DNA of 64,000 nucleotides from Myxococcales bacterium (GTDB taxonomy: Bacteria > Myxococcota > Myxococcia > Myxococcales > JAKAPL01). The notes under the pieces were generated by a model. It ran no database searches and was not told the origin of the DNA. It saw only the letters and a list, made by a program, of their open reading frames with translations. The position numbers and the translations under genes are program-made. Positions within the stretch are counted from its first letter, which is position 1; each line of letters begins with the position of its first letter. The stretch spans positions 3,876 to 67,875 of the forward strand of contig JAKAPL010000011.1 in the NCBI GenBank assembly GCA_021807105.1, read 5' to 3'. Shown here one piece after another: positions 37,614-46,828 of this stretch.

Positions 37614-39194
37614 CTACGGCTCGGCTGGAATGTCTCCCTGGTCGGTGGGATACGGTTCGGGCGTGTGGCTCCCCAGGATCGCGAACTCGACGCGCCGGTT
37701 GCGCGCGCGCCCCTCCTCGGTCGCGTTCGTGGCGATGGGGCGCGAGAAGCCGAAGCCTCGGGACTGGAGCCTCCGTCCGGGCACGCCGTCGGCGACGAGG
37801 TATCGGCGGACCGCGTCGGCCCGGCGCGTCGAAAGGGTCCTGTTGTACGCCCGTCCACCCCGGTCGTCGGTGTGGCCGCGGATCTCGATGCGCCCGATCT
37901 CCGGGTGGGCGAGGATCAGATCCGCCACTTGATCGAGCAGGGCGTAGGAGCGCTTCTGGATGGTCGCCTTGGCCGTGTCGAAGTGGACCTGTTCACCGAT
38001 CTCGAGCCGCCCCTGCTTGATCACCACGAGCTGCTTCTTGCCCCACGGGCAGCCGTGGTTCGCCGGTGGACCGGGTTCGTCGGGGCAGGCGTCCTCGTCG
38101 TCGGGGATGCCGTCGTGGTCGCGGTCAGGGATCGGGCAGCCCTGGTACTTGGCGAGCCCTGGGACGAGCGGGCACTTGTCGATCCGGTTCAGGATGCCGT
38201 CGCCGTCGTCGTCGTTGTCGGGGCACTGCTCCGGCGTGTGCGGGTGGCCAGCCGCGCAGGGATCGTAAGCGACCGGCTTCGCGGGCGGAGAAGGCAAAGC
38301 GGGCCGTGGCTTCTTCCCGCCGTCGAAGGCGGCGCCGAGGGTGACCTGGACCGCGGGGACTCCGACGAGCGTTCCGAAGCCGACGCCGGCCAAGGCGAAG
38401 ACGTCGAACGACGGGCTCGGCTGCCCGCGGGCGCCGACGAGGGCCTCACCGGCGGCTGGAAGATGGCCGAACGGAACGAACAGGCGGCCGACGATCTCGG
38501 GCCGGATCGAGCCCGCGTCGTACGCGATCGCCGCCTGACCATCGAGCTCGCTGCCCAGGACCTCGCCGTCGCCAATGTCGACGCCGGGCCGGAGAAGACC
38601 GCCGACCTCGAGCGAGGGGATCACGTTGCCGAACTCGCGGCTCGCCTGGAGGTCCGGGTAGACTTCGACGCCGCCGTTGCCGAGCGCGGCTCCGCTGCCG
38701 ACCGGCAGCCCGACGTTCACTCCGAAGGCGAGATTGAAAGGATCGCCGTCCGCCGTCTGGAGGATGCCGACACGGGCGCCGACGAAGGGGTTGCCCAGGG
38801 CGGTCGGCGTCACGCCCGAGAGTCCCATGGAGGAGGGGTCCTTGCCGGTCTGATCGAGGATGATCGGGACCTGGGCGGACAGCTCGAGCCGCGGGACGAC
38901 GGTCCAGGCGCCGAAGAGGAAGGCCATCCAGCGGTTCTCGACCAGCGAGCTCGCCGACGCGCCGTCGATCGAGATTCGCAGCGGGTTCATCTCCCAGTCC
39001 GGGGCGAGGCCGAGGCGAAACTCGCCCGCGGGCAGGAGCTGGCCGCCCCCCACGACGAGCGAGGTGGTCGCCGCCGGATCGAGCTGGAGACGCTCGATGT
39101 CGATCTCGGGAATCGTGCTCTGGGAGAGTGCAGGTACGGCGAAGAGCAGCGCCCCCAGCAGCGACAGGAAACGTGCTGTCTTCGTCACGGTCAC
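37614..39194 (-). CDS. OmpA-family outer membrane protein with thrombospondin-type-3-like Asp-rich repeats (TraB-like architecture)
   Basis: GTG 39194 after AAGGA. Signal MTVTKTARFLSLLGALLFAVPALSQ and a ~300-aa beta-rich region. Repeats DNDDDGDGILNRIDKCP and DRDHDGIPDDEDACPDEPG. C-terminal OmpA domain (...IEIRGHTDDRGGRAYNRTLSTRRADAVRRYL...NRRVEF). Confidence 0.85.
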   Translation of the reverse strand: MTVTKTARFLSLLGALLFAVPALSQSTIPEIDIERLQLDPAATTSLVVGGGQLLPAGEFRLGLAPDWEMNPLRISIDGASASSLVENRWMAFLFGAWTVVPRLELSAQVPIILDQTGKDPSSMGLSGVTPTALGNPFVGARVGILQTADGDPFNLAFGVNVGLPVGSGAALGNGGVEVYPDLQASREFGNVIPSLEVGGLLRPGVDIGDGEVLGSELDGQAAIAYDAGSIRPEIVGRLFVPFGHLPAAGEALVGARGQPSPSFDVFALAGVGFGTLVGVPAVQVTLGAAFDGGKKPRPALPSPPAKPVAYDPCAAGHPHTPEQCPDNDDDGDGILNRIDKCPLVPGLAKYQGCPIPDRDHDGIPDDEDACPDEPGPPANHGCPWGKKQLVVIKQGRLEIGEQVHFDTAKATIQKRSYALLDQVADLILAHPEIGRIEIRGHTDDRGGRAYNRTLSTRRADAVRRYLVADGVPGRRLQSRGFGFSRPIATNATEEGRARNRRVEFAILGSHTPEPYPTDQGDIPAEP

Positions 39195-39330
39195 GACGAC
39201 ATCCTTATCTGGAACAGAACCAACGAGCAAGCTAGAGAGCTCGTGGGTGGACGCCATCATCGGCTGCTCACGAGCGTTTGTCTACCCGGGAGGAGACCGC
39301 TCGCCGATGGATTCGAGCGATTGCCGTAAG

Positions 39331-39386
39331 CCCGTCTTATTCACGGTACGGCGTAGCGAGGCGTTCGAGACCGCAGCCGAGAAGGG
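39331..39386 (-). repeat. Copy of the 56-nt dispersed intergenic repeat (reverse orientation)
   Basis: CCCGTCTTATTCACGGTACGGCGTAGCGAGGCGTTCGAGACCGCAGCCGAGAAGGG is the exact reverse complement of 20981-21036 and 52959-53014. Confidence 0.85.
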
Positions 39387-39431
39387 TAAGACGCCCACCA
39401 CCCTACGCGCGCGATTCTCGGCGGTCATCGA

Positions 39432-39731
39432 TCAGCCCTTCTTGCGGAGGGCTCGAACGATCTTCTCCTTCTCCCGTGACGGCTGCGCCGCGGGCCCCCC
39501 GAGCCTTCCCATCGCCCGAAACGCTTCGACCTCCAAGACCGCGAGCTGGGCGCGGGTCCGCGGGTCATCCTGGCCGATTCGGCCCAGCGGTTCGTCCGCC
39601 GCGAGGCCGAGACCGTGGCGCATCCGGAGCAGCCGCTCCTCTTCGGGAGCCAGCTTGCCGCTCTTGGCGCCCTCCTCGATCGACCTGGCCGAGATCGCGA
39701 CGCTCTTGGGGGATTCAGGCTTGGACGGCAT
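39432..39731 (-). CDS. Small stand-alone protein resembling sigma-70 region 4
   Basis: ATG 39731 gives 99 aa. KLAPEEERLLRMRHGLGLAADEPLGRIGQDDPRTRAQLAVLEVEAFRAM is colinear with the RpoD region 4 pattern LTxREExVLRMRFGL...TLEEVG...VTRERIRQIEAKALRKL. It has a basic C-terminal tail. Confidence 0.55.
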   Translation of the reverse strand: MPSKPESPKSVAISARSIEEGAKSGKLAPEEERLLRMRHGLGLAADEPLGRIGQDDPRTRAQLAVLEVEAFRAMGRLGGPAAQPSREKEKIVRALRKKG

Positions 39732-39822
39732 GATGGACGTGTTCCTACCTTTCCTCGATATCGCCGGGCGGCCGGGCGGCCGCTCGGCCGTCACGGCCAT
39801 CCTACCGCCCTTCCTCGGAAGA

Positions 39823-40809
39823 TCAATTTTTCTGCCGGGCGGCGTCCGTCACGCCGTCCGTCATTGGGCTCGTGGGTACGAGCGTGCCGCCGTCCCCGAG
39901 CTTCAGGAAACCGAAGCGCTCGAGCGCGGCCGCCTGACCGCGCGGCCGTCGGACCCGGGGCAGCACCGGCGATGGGGCGGCCACCACGACGGACCTCCCC
40001 ACGTCGAAGAGCTTCTGGGCTAGGGTCGCCGTCACCCGGGAGGAGCCGCCGTCCGCCCGGACGATCCAGCGGACAGTGACGTTCGCGAGCAGCGGCACGC
40101 CGGCCTCCTGGTCGAGGCAGAGCGAACCGGAGGCGCTCGTGAGGGCGCGCCCGAACAGAAACGCGAAGTGGTCGACGCTGTCCGGGTCGAGGCGGCCCGT
40201 GAACCGAGGGGGTCGCTCGGGCGGCCGGGCGGGCCCAAGGTCGACATCGAACCGCTGGCAGGCGCGGCCCGCGCTGTTCGTCAGCTCCTTCGGCGAGAGC
40301 TTCCAGCCGCGGTCGGAGAGCAAATAGAGGGAACCGAGCGCCCCGAAGACCTCGTCCCTCTGCCGGTCCAGCTCGCCGTTTGCCTCACGGGCGACGAACG
40401 GACCCCAGCGGCCGCGGCCGGCGAGCTTGCCGGATGCGAGGACCAGCTCCATCCCATCCCCGGGGTCGTCGAGCAGCCGCAGATGGAGATCGCCTGTGGC
40501 GCTCTGCTCCACGAGCCGCTCCTCGGCGAGGGCGAGCTTGCCGCCGGGCCCGTCGAAGGAGAGGACGAGGTGGCCCGTGAGACGGAAGGATCCCAGCCTT
40601 GCCGCCGCTTCTCCCTCCCCCATCGTGAGCGCGTGATCCTGGGTGGTGGGGTCTGACGCCAGCCTGGCGAGGTCGATCGGGACCTTCTCCGGGGGGGGCG
40701 GCTCCACGGGGTGAGCGGAGAAGATCCGCTCCTTCGCCCGCCGGTTTTCCGGTCGCGAGGGGATACAGGCGAGGAGCGCCGCGAGGAGGAGGGGAACGGT
40801 CCGTCTCAA
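39823..40809 (-). CDS. Hypothetical lipoprotein
   Basis: MRRTVPLLLAALLAC lipobox. 328 aa. No family recognised. Confidence 0.65.
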   Translation of the reverse strand: MRRTVPLLLAALLACIPSRPENRRAKERIFSAHPVEPPPPEKVPIDLARLASDPTTQDHALTMGEGEAAARLGSFRLTGHLVLSFDGPGGKLALAEERLVEQSATGDLHLRLLDDPGDGMELVLASGKLAGRGRWGPFVAREANGELDRQRDEVFGALGSLYLLSDRGWKLSPKELTNSAGRACQRFDVDLGPARPPERPPRFTGRLDPDSVDHFAFLFGRALTSASGSLCLDQEAGVPLLANVTVRWIVRADGGSSRVTATLAQKLFDVGRSVVVAAPSPVLPRVRRPRGQAAALERFGFLKLGDGGTLVPTSPMTDGVTDAARQKN

Positions 40810-40821
40810 GAGGCGGCGAGA

Positions 40822-41928
40822 CTAACAGATCTGCGTCATGGACGCCGGGGGCGGGAGGACCGCGAGCAGCTTCCTCGTCACCGATGAGAGGCCGAGATCG
40901 ATCGCCGCGGCGCGGCCGGCGAGGCACGTCTCGAGGTAGCCGCCGGGGGGCAGGCGGCGCGGCCGGGGCGGCACGCCTCGCGCGGCGAAAGCGAGCACGC
41001 GCAGGTCACGATGGGTGAGCCTCTGCGTCACCTCCGCCATGGGCTCGGCGATCGTCAGGTGCGCGCCGAGGCTGCGCCGGAGGGCCGCGGACAGGTCGCG
41101 GGCCATGTCCGCCGTGCCGATCCCCTGGGCCACTTCGCCCCCCGGCAGCTCCCACAGGCCGCCGAAGAGCCCGGCGGGGGGGCGGCGGGCGAAGAGCAGA
41201 CGGCCACGCCCGTCCAGGCAGACGGCGGCCGCCCAGGTGAGCGGCCGGCGGGCCAGACGCGGACGCGACGCCGGGATCTCCCCTTGCAGCCCAAACGCTC
41301 TCGCCCGACATGGGATGCGCCAAGGACAATGAAGACAGGCCGGCGCGGTCCGCGTGCAGACCTGGGAGCCGAGCTCCATCACCGCTTGGTTGACCTCGGA
41401 AGGCGGGCCGGCGGCGACGAGTGGGCGCGCGAGCTCGCGGAGGGTCTTCTCGGCGGCCGGCCGCCGCTCGCGCAAGCCGCAGAGTCGGGCGAGGACACGG
41501 ACCGCGTTGCCGTCGATGGCGGGCTCGGGACGACCGAAGGCGATGGCCGCGACCGCAGCCGCGGTGTAGGCGCCGAAGCCTGGCAGCTCGCGCAGTTCCT
41601 CGAAGGCGTCGGGGAAAGCGCCGCGGGAGGCGATCGTCCGGGCTGCCGCGTGCATCGCCCGCGCCCGGGCGTAATAGCCAAGCCCGGACCAGCGGGCGAG
41701 AACCGCGGGCAGCTCGGCCGAGGCGAGGGCACCGACGGTCGGGAACGCGCGCAGGAAGGGGGCGTAGTAGCGGAGGACCGTCTCGACCCGGGTCTGCTGG
41801 AGCATCACTTCGGAGACCCAGATCGCGTACGGGTCGAGGGACCCGCGCCAGGGGAGGGTGCGGGCGGCACGGCGATACCAGCGGAGCAGAGACCCGGTGA
41901 GCCGGTCAGGCCGATCCGGCAACCTCAC
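40822..41928 (-). CDS. mutY: A/G-specific adenine DNA glycosylase
   Basis: LLRWYRRAARTLPWR, VSEVMLQQTRVETV (HhH-GPD), a Cx6Cx2Cx5C cluster (CTRTAPACLHCPWRIPC) and a C-terminal NUDIX-like domain. GTG 41928 overlaps the upstream stop (GTGA). ATG 41979 is an alternative; the ORF-track start at 42216 is unlikely. Confidence 0.85.
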   Translation of the reverse strand: MRLPDRPDRLTGSLLRWYRRAARTLPWRGSLDPYAIWVSEVMLQQTRVETVLRYYAPFLRAFPTVGALASAELPAVLARWSGLGYYARARAMHAAARTIASRGAFPDAFEELRELPGFGAYTAAAVAAIAFGRPEPAIDGNAVRVLARLCGLRERRPAAEKTLRELARPLVAAGPPSEVNQAVMELGSQVCTRTAPACLHCPWRIPCRARAFGLQGEIPASRPRLARRPLTWAAAVCLDGRGRLLFARRPPAGLFGGLWELPGGEVAQGIGTADMARDLSAALRRSLGAHLTIAEPMAEVTQRLTHRDLRVLAFAARGVPPRPRRLPPGGYLETCLAGRAAAIDLGLSSVTRKLLAVLPPPASMTQIC

Positions 41929-43859
41929 GGGCCGATCACGCAGCCGCTCGGGCCGAGGCTCCCCGCGCTCGTCAGCCATCCCCCGTCGGCATCCGTGTGA
42001 GGCGTGAACGTGAACCGCGGTGGCGAGCGGCCCCCGTCGGGCAGCGGCTCGGCCGAGGCGGACCAGTGGAGCGTCCCCGCCCACCAGAGGGCGCACGGCT
42101 CGGCGAGCGTCGAGACGACCGGGCCGCCGGCGTCCACCTCTTCGCCCTCGACGAAGGTTCGCAGCCGCGCCGTGGCCGCCGGCAGGCACGAGCTCGAGGA
42201 TCCGGCTGCCTGACAAACGAGCCAGCCGCCGTCGGCGTCGCAGTCGGAATTCACGTTGCAGTCACCCCCCGATCCGCCGGGGTTGCCGAAGTAGTGGACG
42301 AGGAGGTCGTAGTCTGCGCCTTGTTCGGGGTACGAGAGGTTGGCGATGTCGATCGGCTGCGTCCGCAGCGGCGCGTTGCCTTCGGGATCCTCGTCGTACT
42401 GGGCAGCGAGGATCGGGTCGTCGCGATCGCGCACGCCGGCGTCGTCGGGCGCCCCCCAGTCGACGAAGGTCGGGTAGGTGAACGCCGGGCTGCTGCACGG
42501 AGAGCCGTTCGAGTAGTCCGCCGCCTTGAGGCAATTACAGTAGTCACAGTCTTCTTGCGGGTTCCCGACGAGCGTCCTCGGGTCGCCACCCGCCGACTCG
42601 ACGCGGACGAAGTGGAGGTCGAGGTCCACTGCCACCGGACTCGTCCAGGTCAGCTCGAACGAGATGTCGTCGTGCGGCCGGGCGTCGACCGTGACCTGCG
42701 CGCGCGCGGAGAGACCCGCCGAATCGGTGAAGGACATCGTCACGGTGTAGAGGCCGGCCACGTCGAAGGCGAGCGTCTGATCCGGCGGGTGCGGCAGGTC
42801 GGCCACGAGCGCGGCCTTCGACCCGGCCGGCAACGCGAGCGCATACTGGTAATGAAGGTTCGTCCCGTCCTGGGGGTCGTACGAGCAGCCGGGCTTCGTG
42901 AGCGGCGTGAACCTCGCGGTGTCGAGCGGCCCGGGCGGGACGACGCCCGGCTGCGCGGAGAGCGACTGCGTCGGGTCGACCGCGACCCGACGCCCGTCCG
43001 CGTACGTGATCTGGTCGATACCCAGGCAGGCGATCGGCTGGCCCGGCTGTCCTCCGGCTCCGGCGAGTGCGAGGCTCATGGGCTTGCCCGCGAGCCGTGG
43101 GTCGTCGCTCGTCACGAGGAAGCTCCCCGCGAGGGGACCGCTTCCCCGCGGGTCGAGCAGCAGGTGGAGGACCTCGGACTCGCCCGCCGCCGCCGAGAGG
43201 GGGAAGGGCGTCGTCACGTGCTCCTTCATCATGAAGCCGGCGTCGAGCGCGGCGCCGTCGAGGGCGAGGCCCATCACCGTCAGCGGCACGTCGCTGCGAT
43301 TGACGATGTCGACCTCCTGCGGCGGCGTGAGCCCGCCGTAGGGCGCGGTCCCGAACTGCACGGTGACGGCTGCCTGGGAGGCGCAGTCCTGCGCCCCCGC
43401 GTCCGGCGCCCAGCAGAGGTCGAGCCGTTGCGCCGCCGCCCGGCCGGTGAGCAGGACCAGGGTGGTCGGGTGGTTCGGATCGTCCGAGGTCACCGTGATC
43501 GTCGCGCTGTCCTGCACGTCGCCGTCCGGGATGACGCCCGGCAGCACCGGCGCGAAGGTCACGGTGAAGGGCCGCGCGCCGCCGGCCGGGATGGTCGTCG
43601 GCGCCGCGGGCGAGGCGGTGAACAACTCGGCGTCGGGTCCGGAGATCACGACGCTGACGTGGGCGTCCACGGTGCTCTGTGAGACGACCTGGAAGCTCTG
43701 GCTCGCGGTCTTTCCGAAAGCCGTCGGCCCGAAGGCGAGAGCCCTGAGCGGCTGCCCGGCCATCGTCTCGACCGCGGTCGCCGGCGGCGCGCTCTGCACC
43801 CCGCCCGCGCGGCAGCAGCCGGCGGCGAGGAGAAGCGATGCCAGCGCGCGTCTTCCCAT
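41925..43859 (-). CDS. Large secreted lipoprotein with ASH / choice-of-anchor-D-like Ig domains
   Basis: MGRRALASLLLAAGC lipobox. Two segments like FGPTAFGKTASQSFQVVSQSTVDAHVSVVISGPDAELF and PQEVDIVNRSDVPLTVMGLAL. A Cys-rich C-terminal domain. 644 aa. Confidence 0.7.
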   Translation of the reverse strand: MGRRALASLLLAAGCCRAGGVQSAPPATAVETMAGQPLRALAFGPTAFGKTASQSFQVVSQSTVDAHVSVVISGPDAELFTASPAAPTTIPAGGARPFTVTFAPVLPGVIPDGDVQDSATITVTSDDPNHPTTLVLLTGRAAAQRLDLCWAPDAGAQDCASQAAVTVQFGTAPYGGLTPPQEVDIVNRSDVPLTVMGLALDGAALDAGFMMKEHVTTPFPLSAAAGESEVLHLLLDPRGSGPLAGSFLVTSDDPRLAGKPMSLALAGAGGQPGQPIACLGIDQITYADGRRVAVDPTQSLSAQPGVVPPGPLDTARFTPLTKPGCSYDPQDGTNLHYQYALALPAGSKAALVADLPHPPDQTLAFDVAGLYTVTMSFTDSAGLSARAQVTVDARPHDDISFELTWTSPVAVDLDLHFVRVESAGGDPRTLVGNPQEDCDYCNCLKAADYSNGSPCSSPAFTYPTFVDWGAPDDAGVRDRDDPILAAQYDEDPEGNAPLRTQPIDIANLSYPEQGADYDLLVHYFGNPGGSGGDCNVNSDCDADGGWLVCQAAGSSSSCLPAATARLRTFVEGEEVDAGGPVVSTLAEPCALWWAGTLHWSASAEPLPDGGRSPPRFTFTPHTDADGGWLTSAGSLGPSGCVIGP

Positions 43860-43861
43860 CG

Positions 43862-45829
43862 TCAGCCCCCTGCGATTGTCTCGAAGACCGCGCGCCCGTG
43901 CCGCCGGATCGCCTCGACGAGCCCGCCCTCCCGGCGCAGCGCGGCGACGACCGGACTCGGCGGCAGGGCGGCGAACGTCCGTCCGGTCGGCAGGTGCTTG
44001 ACGTGGCTTCGCGCGAGGTCGATCTCGACCGGGTCACCGTCCTCGACGAGCGCGTGGAACTCGGGGTCGGAGACGACGAGGAAGGCGAGGCCCTCGTTCA
44101 CGAGGTTGCGCTTGTGAATGAAGGCGAATGACCTCGCGATCACCGCCGCGACGCCCGCGCCGATGAGCGCCCAGACCGCCTGCTCGCGGGAGCTGCCGCT
44201 CCCCCAGCCGCTCCCCGCGACGATCACGTCCTCGCCGCGCGCGATCCGATCCCCGAAGTCCGGCCGCGCGTGGCGAAAGCAGGCGCGGCCCAGCTCCGGG
44301 AGCGTGGTCAGGTGGCAGAACTCGCCGGGGATGATCGCGTCGGTGTCCACGTCGTCGCCGAACCGTTGCACCCGTCCGGCGATCGGCGCCGCGACCGCGC
44401 TCCCCACGACGGCTGGCGCGGCCCACGCCGCGGCGATCTGGACCCGCACCTCGTCGCGCCGGACCTCCGGGACTCGCGCCGCGTCCGTCCTGCCGAGCAG
44501 CCGGGCGTACCGCGCGCGATCGACGCGGGCGAGCGCCGGCCGCGGGTCCTCGATCTTCATCGCGACGGCGGACGCCGCGACCGTGGCCGCGGAGGCGAGG
44601 TGGGCGAGCGAGCCCGCCCCCATCCGATCGTGGAAGTTCCGGTTCTGCGAGGAGAGCCAGACCTCGCCCGGACCGGCCTTCTCGCTCGCGACCCCGAGGC
44701 ACATGCTGCAGCCGGGCGGGCCGATCCGGAAGCCCGCGCGCTCGTAAGTCGCGAGCAGCCCCGCGGCCCGCAGCTTCTCCGTGATCGCGAGGTCGCCAGG
44801 AACGACGAGCCGCTTGGCGGTCGCGACGGGCGGGCCCCCGGCGAGCTTCTGCTCCAGCACGAGCGCGCCGAGGACCAGCTCCTCCTCGGTGGTCGTGCAC
44901 GCGCCGATGAAGCAGCCGTGAAGGCCAAGGCCGGCGATCGAGGTGACCTCGACCACGTTGTCCGGGGAGAAGGGCTTCGCGACTTGCGGGGCGAGGCCGG
45001 AGAGGTCCACGCCCTCCCGGGCGACGTAGGGGGCGTCCTCGTCCGCGGTGAGGAAGCGGGCGCCGTCCCGATGGTCCTGGCGGCCGGCGAGCCAGGTGGC
45101 GACCCGCGCGTCCGGCTCGAAGAGGCCGTTCAATCCGCCCAGCTCCGCGGTCATGTTGGCGATGGTGAAGCGGACGTCGGTCGAGAAGGAACGGGTGGCT
45201 GGACCGCGGTACTCGACCGTTCGTTCCATCGCCACGGTGTTGCGCTTGAGAAGCCCGAGCGTGCGCAGGATCACGTCCTTGCCGCCGATGCCGAACGGCA
45301 GCTCGCCGCGGTACTCGATGGAGATCGCCTCGGGGACCTCGATCCAACTCTGTCCGAGGACCATCGCCGCGGTGATGTCCGCGCCGCCGAGCCCGATCGC
45401 GAACGCGCCCATCCCGCCGTGGGACGAGGTATGGCTGTCCGCGCCGAGGACGACCTCCCCCGGCTGGATCAGCTCCCGGTAGAACTGCGTGTGCAGGATG
45501 GTCTCGTTGCTGTCGTGGAAGTGGACGATCTTCTGCTCGCGGGCGAAGTCTCGGGACAGCTTGACGAGCTTCTGCGTGCGCGCGTCGGAGGCGAGGGTCA
45601 CCGGATCGACGGTGTGGTCGACCGCGAGGAAGAAGCGGCCGGGGTCGTAGATGGGCGGCCTCCCGAGCGCCTCGTAGGTCCGGTCCATCCCGTTCCACGC
45701 CAACTCGCTCGCGAGAGTCCAATCGACCCGGATCCGGAGCAGATCGCCTGCCTGCACCCAGGGGCGTGACAGGCCGATCGCGTGCTCGGCGAGGATCTTC
45801 TGGGTGAGGGTCATCGGGCGGGCGGGCAT
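43862..45829 (-). CDS. Aconitase-superfamily hydro-lyase with fused large and small (swivel) domains (isopropylmalate/homoaconitate dehydratase-like)
   Basis: ...GADSHTSSHGG..., GCFIGACTTT and PGCSMCLG (Fe-S Cys ligand positions). The C-terminal ~190 aa is LeuD-like (...DDVDTDAIIPGEF...GSGWGSGSSREQA...). Confidence 0.8.
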   Translation of the reverse strand: MPARPMTLTQKILAEHAIGLSRPWVQAGDLLRIRVDWTLASELAWNGMDRTYEALGRPPIYDPGRFFLAVDHTVDPVTLASDARTQKLVKLSRDFAREQKIVHFHDSNETILHTQFYRELIQPGEVVLGADSHTSSHGGMGAFAIGLGGADITAAMVLGQSWIEVPEAISIEYRGELPFGIGGKDVILRTLGLLKRNTVAMERTVEYRGPATRSFSTDVRFTIANMTAELGGLNGLFEPDARVATWLAGRQDHRDGARFLTADEDAPYVAREGVDLSGLAPQVAKPFSPDNVVEVTSIAGLGLHGCFIGACTTTEEELVLGALVLEQKLAGGPPVATAKRLVVPGDLAITEKLRAAGLLATYERAGFRIGPPGCSMCLGVASEKAGPGEVWLSSQNRNFHDRMGAGSLAHLASAATVAASAVAMKIEDPRPALARVDRARYARLLGRTDAARVPEVRRDEVRVQIAAAWAAPAVVGSAVAAPIAGRVQRFGDDVDTDAIIPGEFCHLTTLPELGRACFRHARPDFGDRIARGEDVIVAGSGWGSGSSREQAVWALIGAGVAAVIARSFAFIHKRNLVNEGLAFLVVSDPEFHALVEDGDPVEIDLARSHVKHLPTGRTFAALPPSPVVAALRREGGLVEAIRRHGRAVFETIAGG

Positions 45830-45859
45830 GGGCGAGGAGCCTAGCCCGGCCCGCTGGGC

Positions 45860-46828
45860 CTATTCAACCCAGTCGGCGACCAGTACGTCCGCCTCGCCGG
45901 GCGCCCCCGCGTTGCGCTCGCTCGTCCAGGCGATCTTCTTGCCGTCCGGCGAGAGGGTCGGGGCCATGTCGGCCCCCGGGGCAAAGGTCACCCTTTCGAA
46001 GTCCTGGCCGTCCGCGTCCACCCGGAAGATGTCGAAGTCGCGACCTGCTGCGTCGTCGGCGTCACTCGAAAAGAGCAGCCTCTCGCCACCCGGGAAGAAG
46101 ACCGGCTGCCGATCGGCCGCTCCGTCGGGGCCGACGGCCGTCGCGTTCGGGGCGGGGGCCGCGCCAAAGAGGAGTGCGGGCAGGACCTCGATCCGGCTCG
46201 CGCGCGCGGCGGGCGGCGCGGCAGGGGTCGCCCCCCTCGTCGAGGACCACGCGAGGAGCTTGCCGTCCGGCGAGAACGCGGGGTCCTCGTCCTCGCCCGC
46301 CCCGGTCCCGAGCGGGTGGGGCGAAGCTGCGCCGGCCGGCCAGAGCCAAAGCCGCGACCCGCCGCCCTCGATGAGCGGACAGGCGTGGTCCCCCGCCGGG
46401 TCGCGCGCGCAGCCCCCGGCGAGAGCCAGTGGCCACGTCCGGTTTGCGGCCGGGGTGGTGGCAGGGAGGGGCAGCGCGGCCCCGGTCGCCACGTCCAGGA
46501 GCCTCACGGCGAGCGCCGGACCCGCGTCCGCGCGCAGCGACGCGACGGCGAAAGCAATCCTGCGGCCGCCGTCCTGGAAGGCGAGGGCGAAGGCACGGCC
46601 GCCGAAGGAGAGCTGCCGGACGTGACGCAGGTGGATCTCGGCCGGCTCGCGCAGCGGGTCGTTCGCGGTCTCCACGGTCGCGGGCGGCAGCGGTGGGGCG
46701 GTCGTCTCGACGCCTCGCGGGCATCCGGCGAAGAGGAAGGAGGCCGAGAGGACAATGAACCGCAGGCGGCTGCTTCGGGCGGCGATCGACCCCAGCCAAG
46801 GCTTCCTCCCCCGCCAAAATCCCCTCAC
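45860..46828 (-). CDS. TolB-like WD40/PD40 beta-propeller lipoprotein
   Basis: PD40-type repeats (PAFSPDGKLLAWSS, PTLSPDGKKIAWTSER). GTG 46828 gives MRGFWRGRKPWLGSIAARSSRLRFIVLSASFLFAGC (long n-region plus lipobox). The ORF-track start at 47005 would put 94 aa before the lipobox. Confidence 0.7.
   Translation of the reverse strand: MRGFWRGRKPWLGSIAARSSRLRFIVLSASFLFAGCPRGVETTAPPLPPATVETANDPLREPAEIHLRHVRQLSFGGRAFALAFQDGGRRIAFAVASLRADAGPALAVRLLDVATGAALPLPATTPAANRTWPLALAGGCARDPAGDHACPLIEGGGSRLWLWPAGAASPHPLGTGAGEDEDPAFSPDGKLLAWSSTRGATPAAPPAARASRIEVLPALLFGAAPAPNATAVGPDGAADRQPVFFPGGERLLFSSDADDAAGRDFDIFRVDADGQDFERVTFAPGADMAPTLSPDGKKIAWTSERNAGAPGEADVLVADWVE

Noticed and set aside
39352-39378. tRNA-like T-arm (GGCGTTCGAGACCGC) inside the 56-nt repeat, i.e. 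a tRNA-derived element
   Set aside because: The sequences flanking TTCGAGA cannot form the 5-bp T-stem (GGCG versus CCGC), and no acceptor or anticodon arms are detectable.
40680-40700. G8 run inside the 39823..40809 lipoprotein gene as a phase-variation switch
   Set aside because: It simply encodes the PPPP of a Pro-rich linker (EPPPPEKV) in a very GC-rich gene. Unlike the intergenic G10 at 22592, there is no additional evidence.
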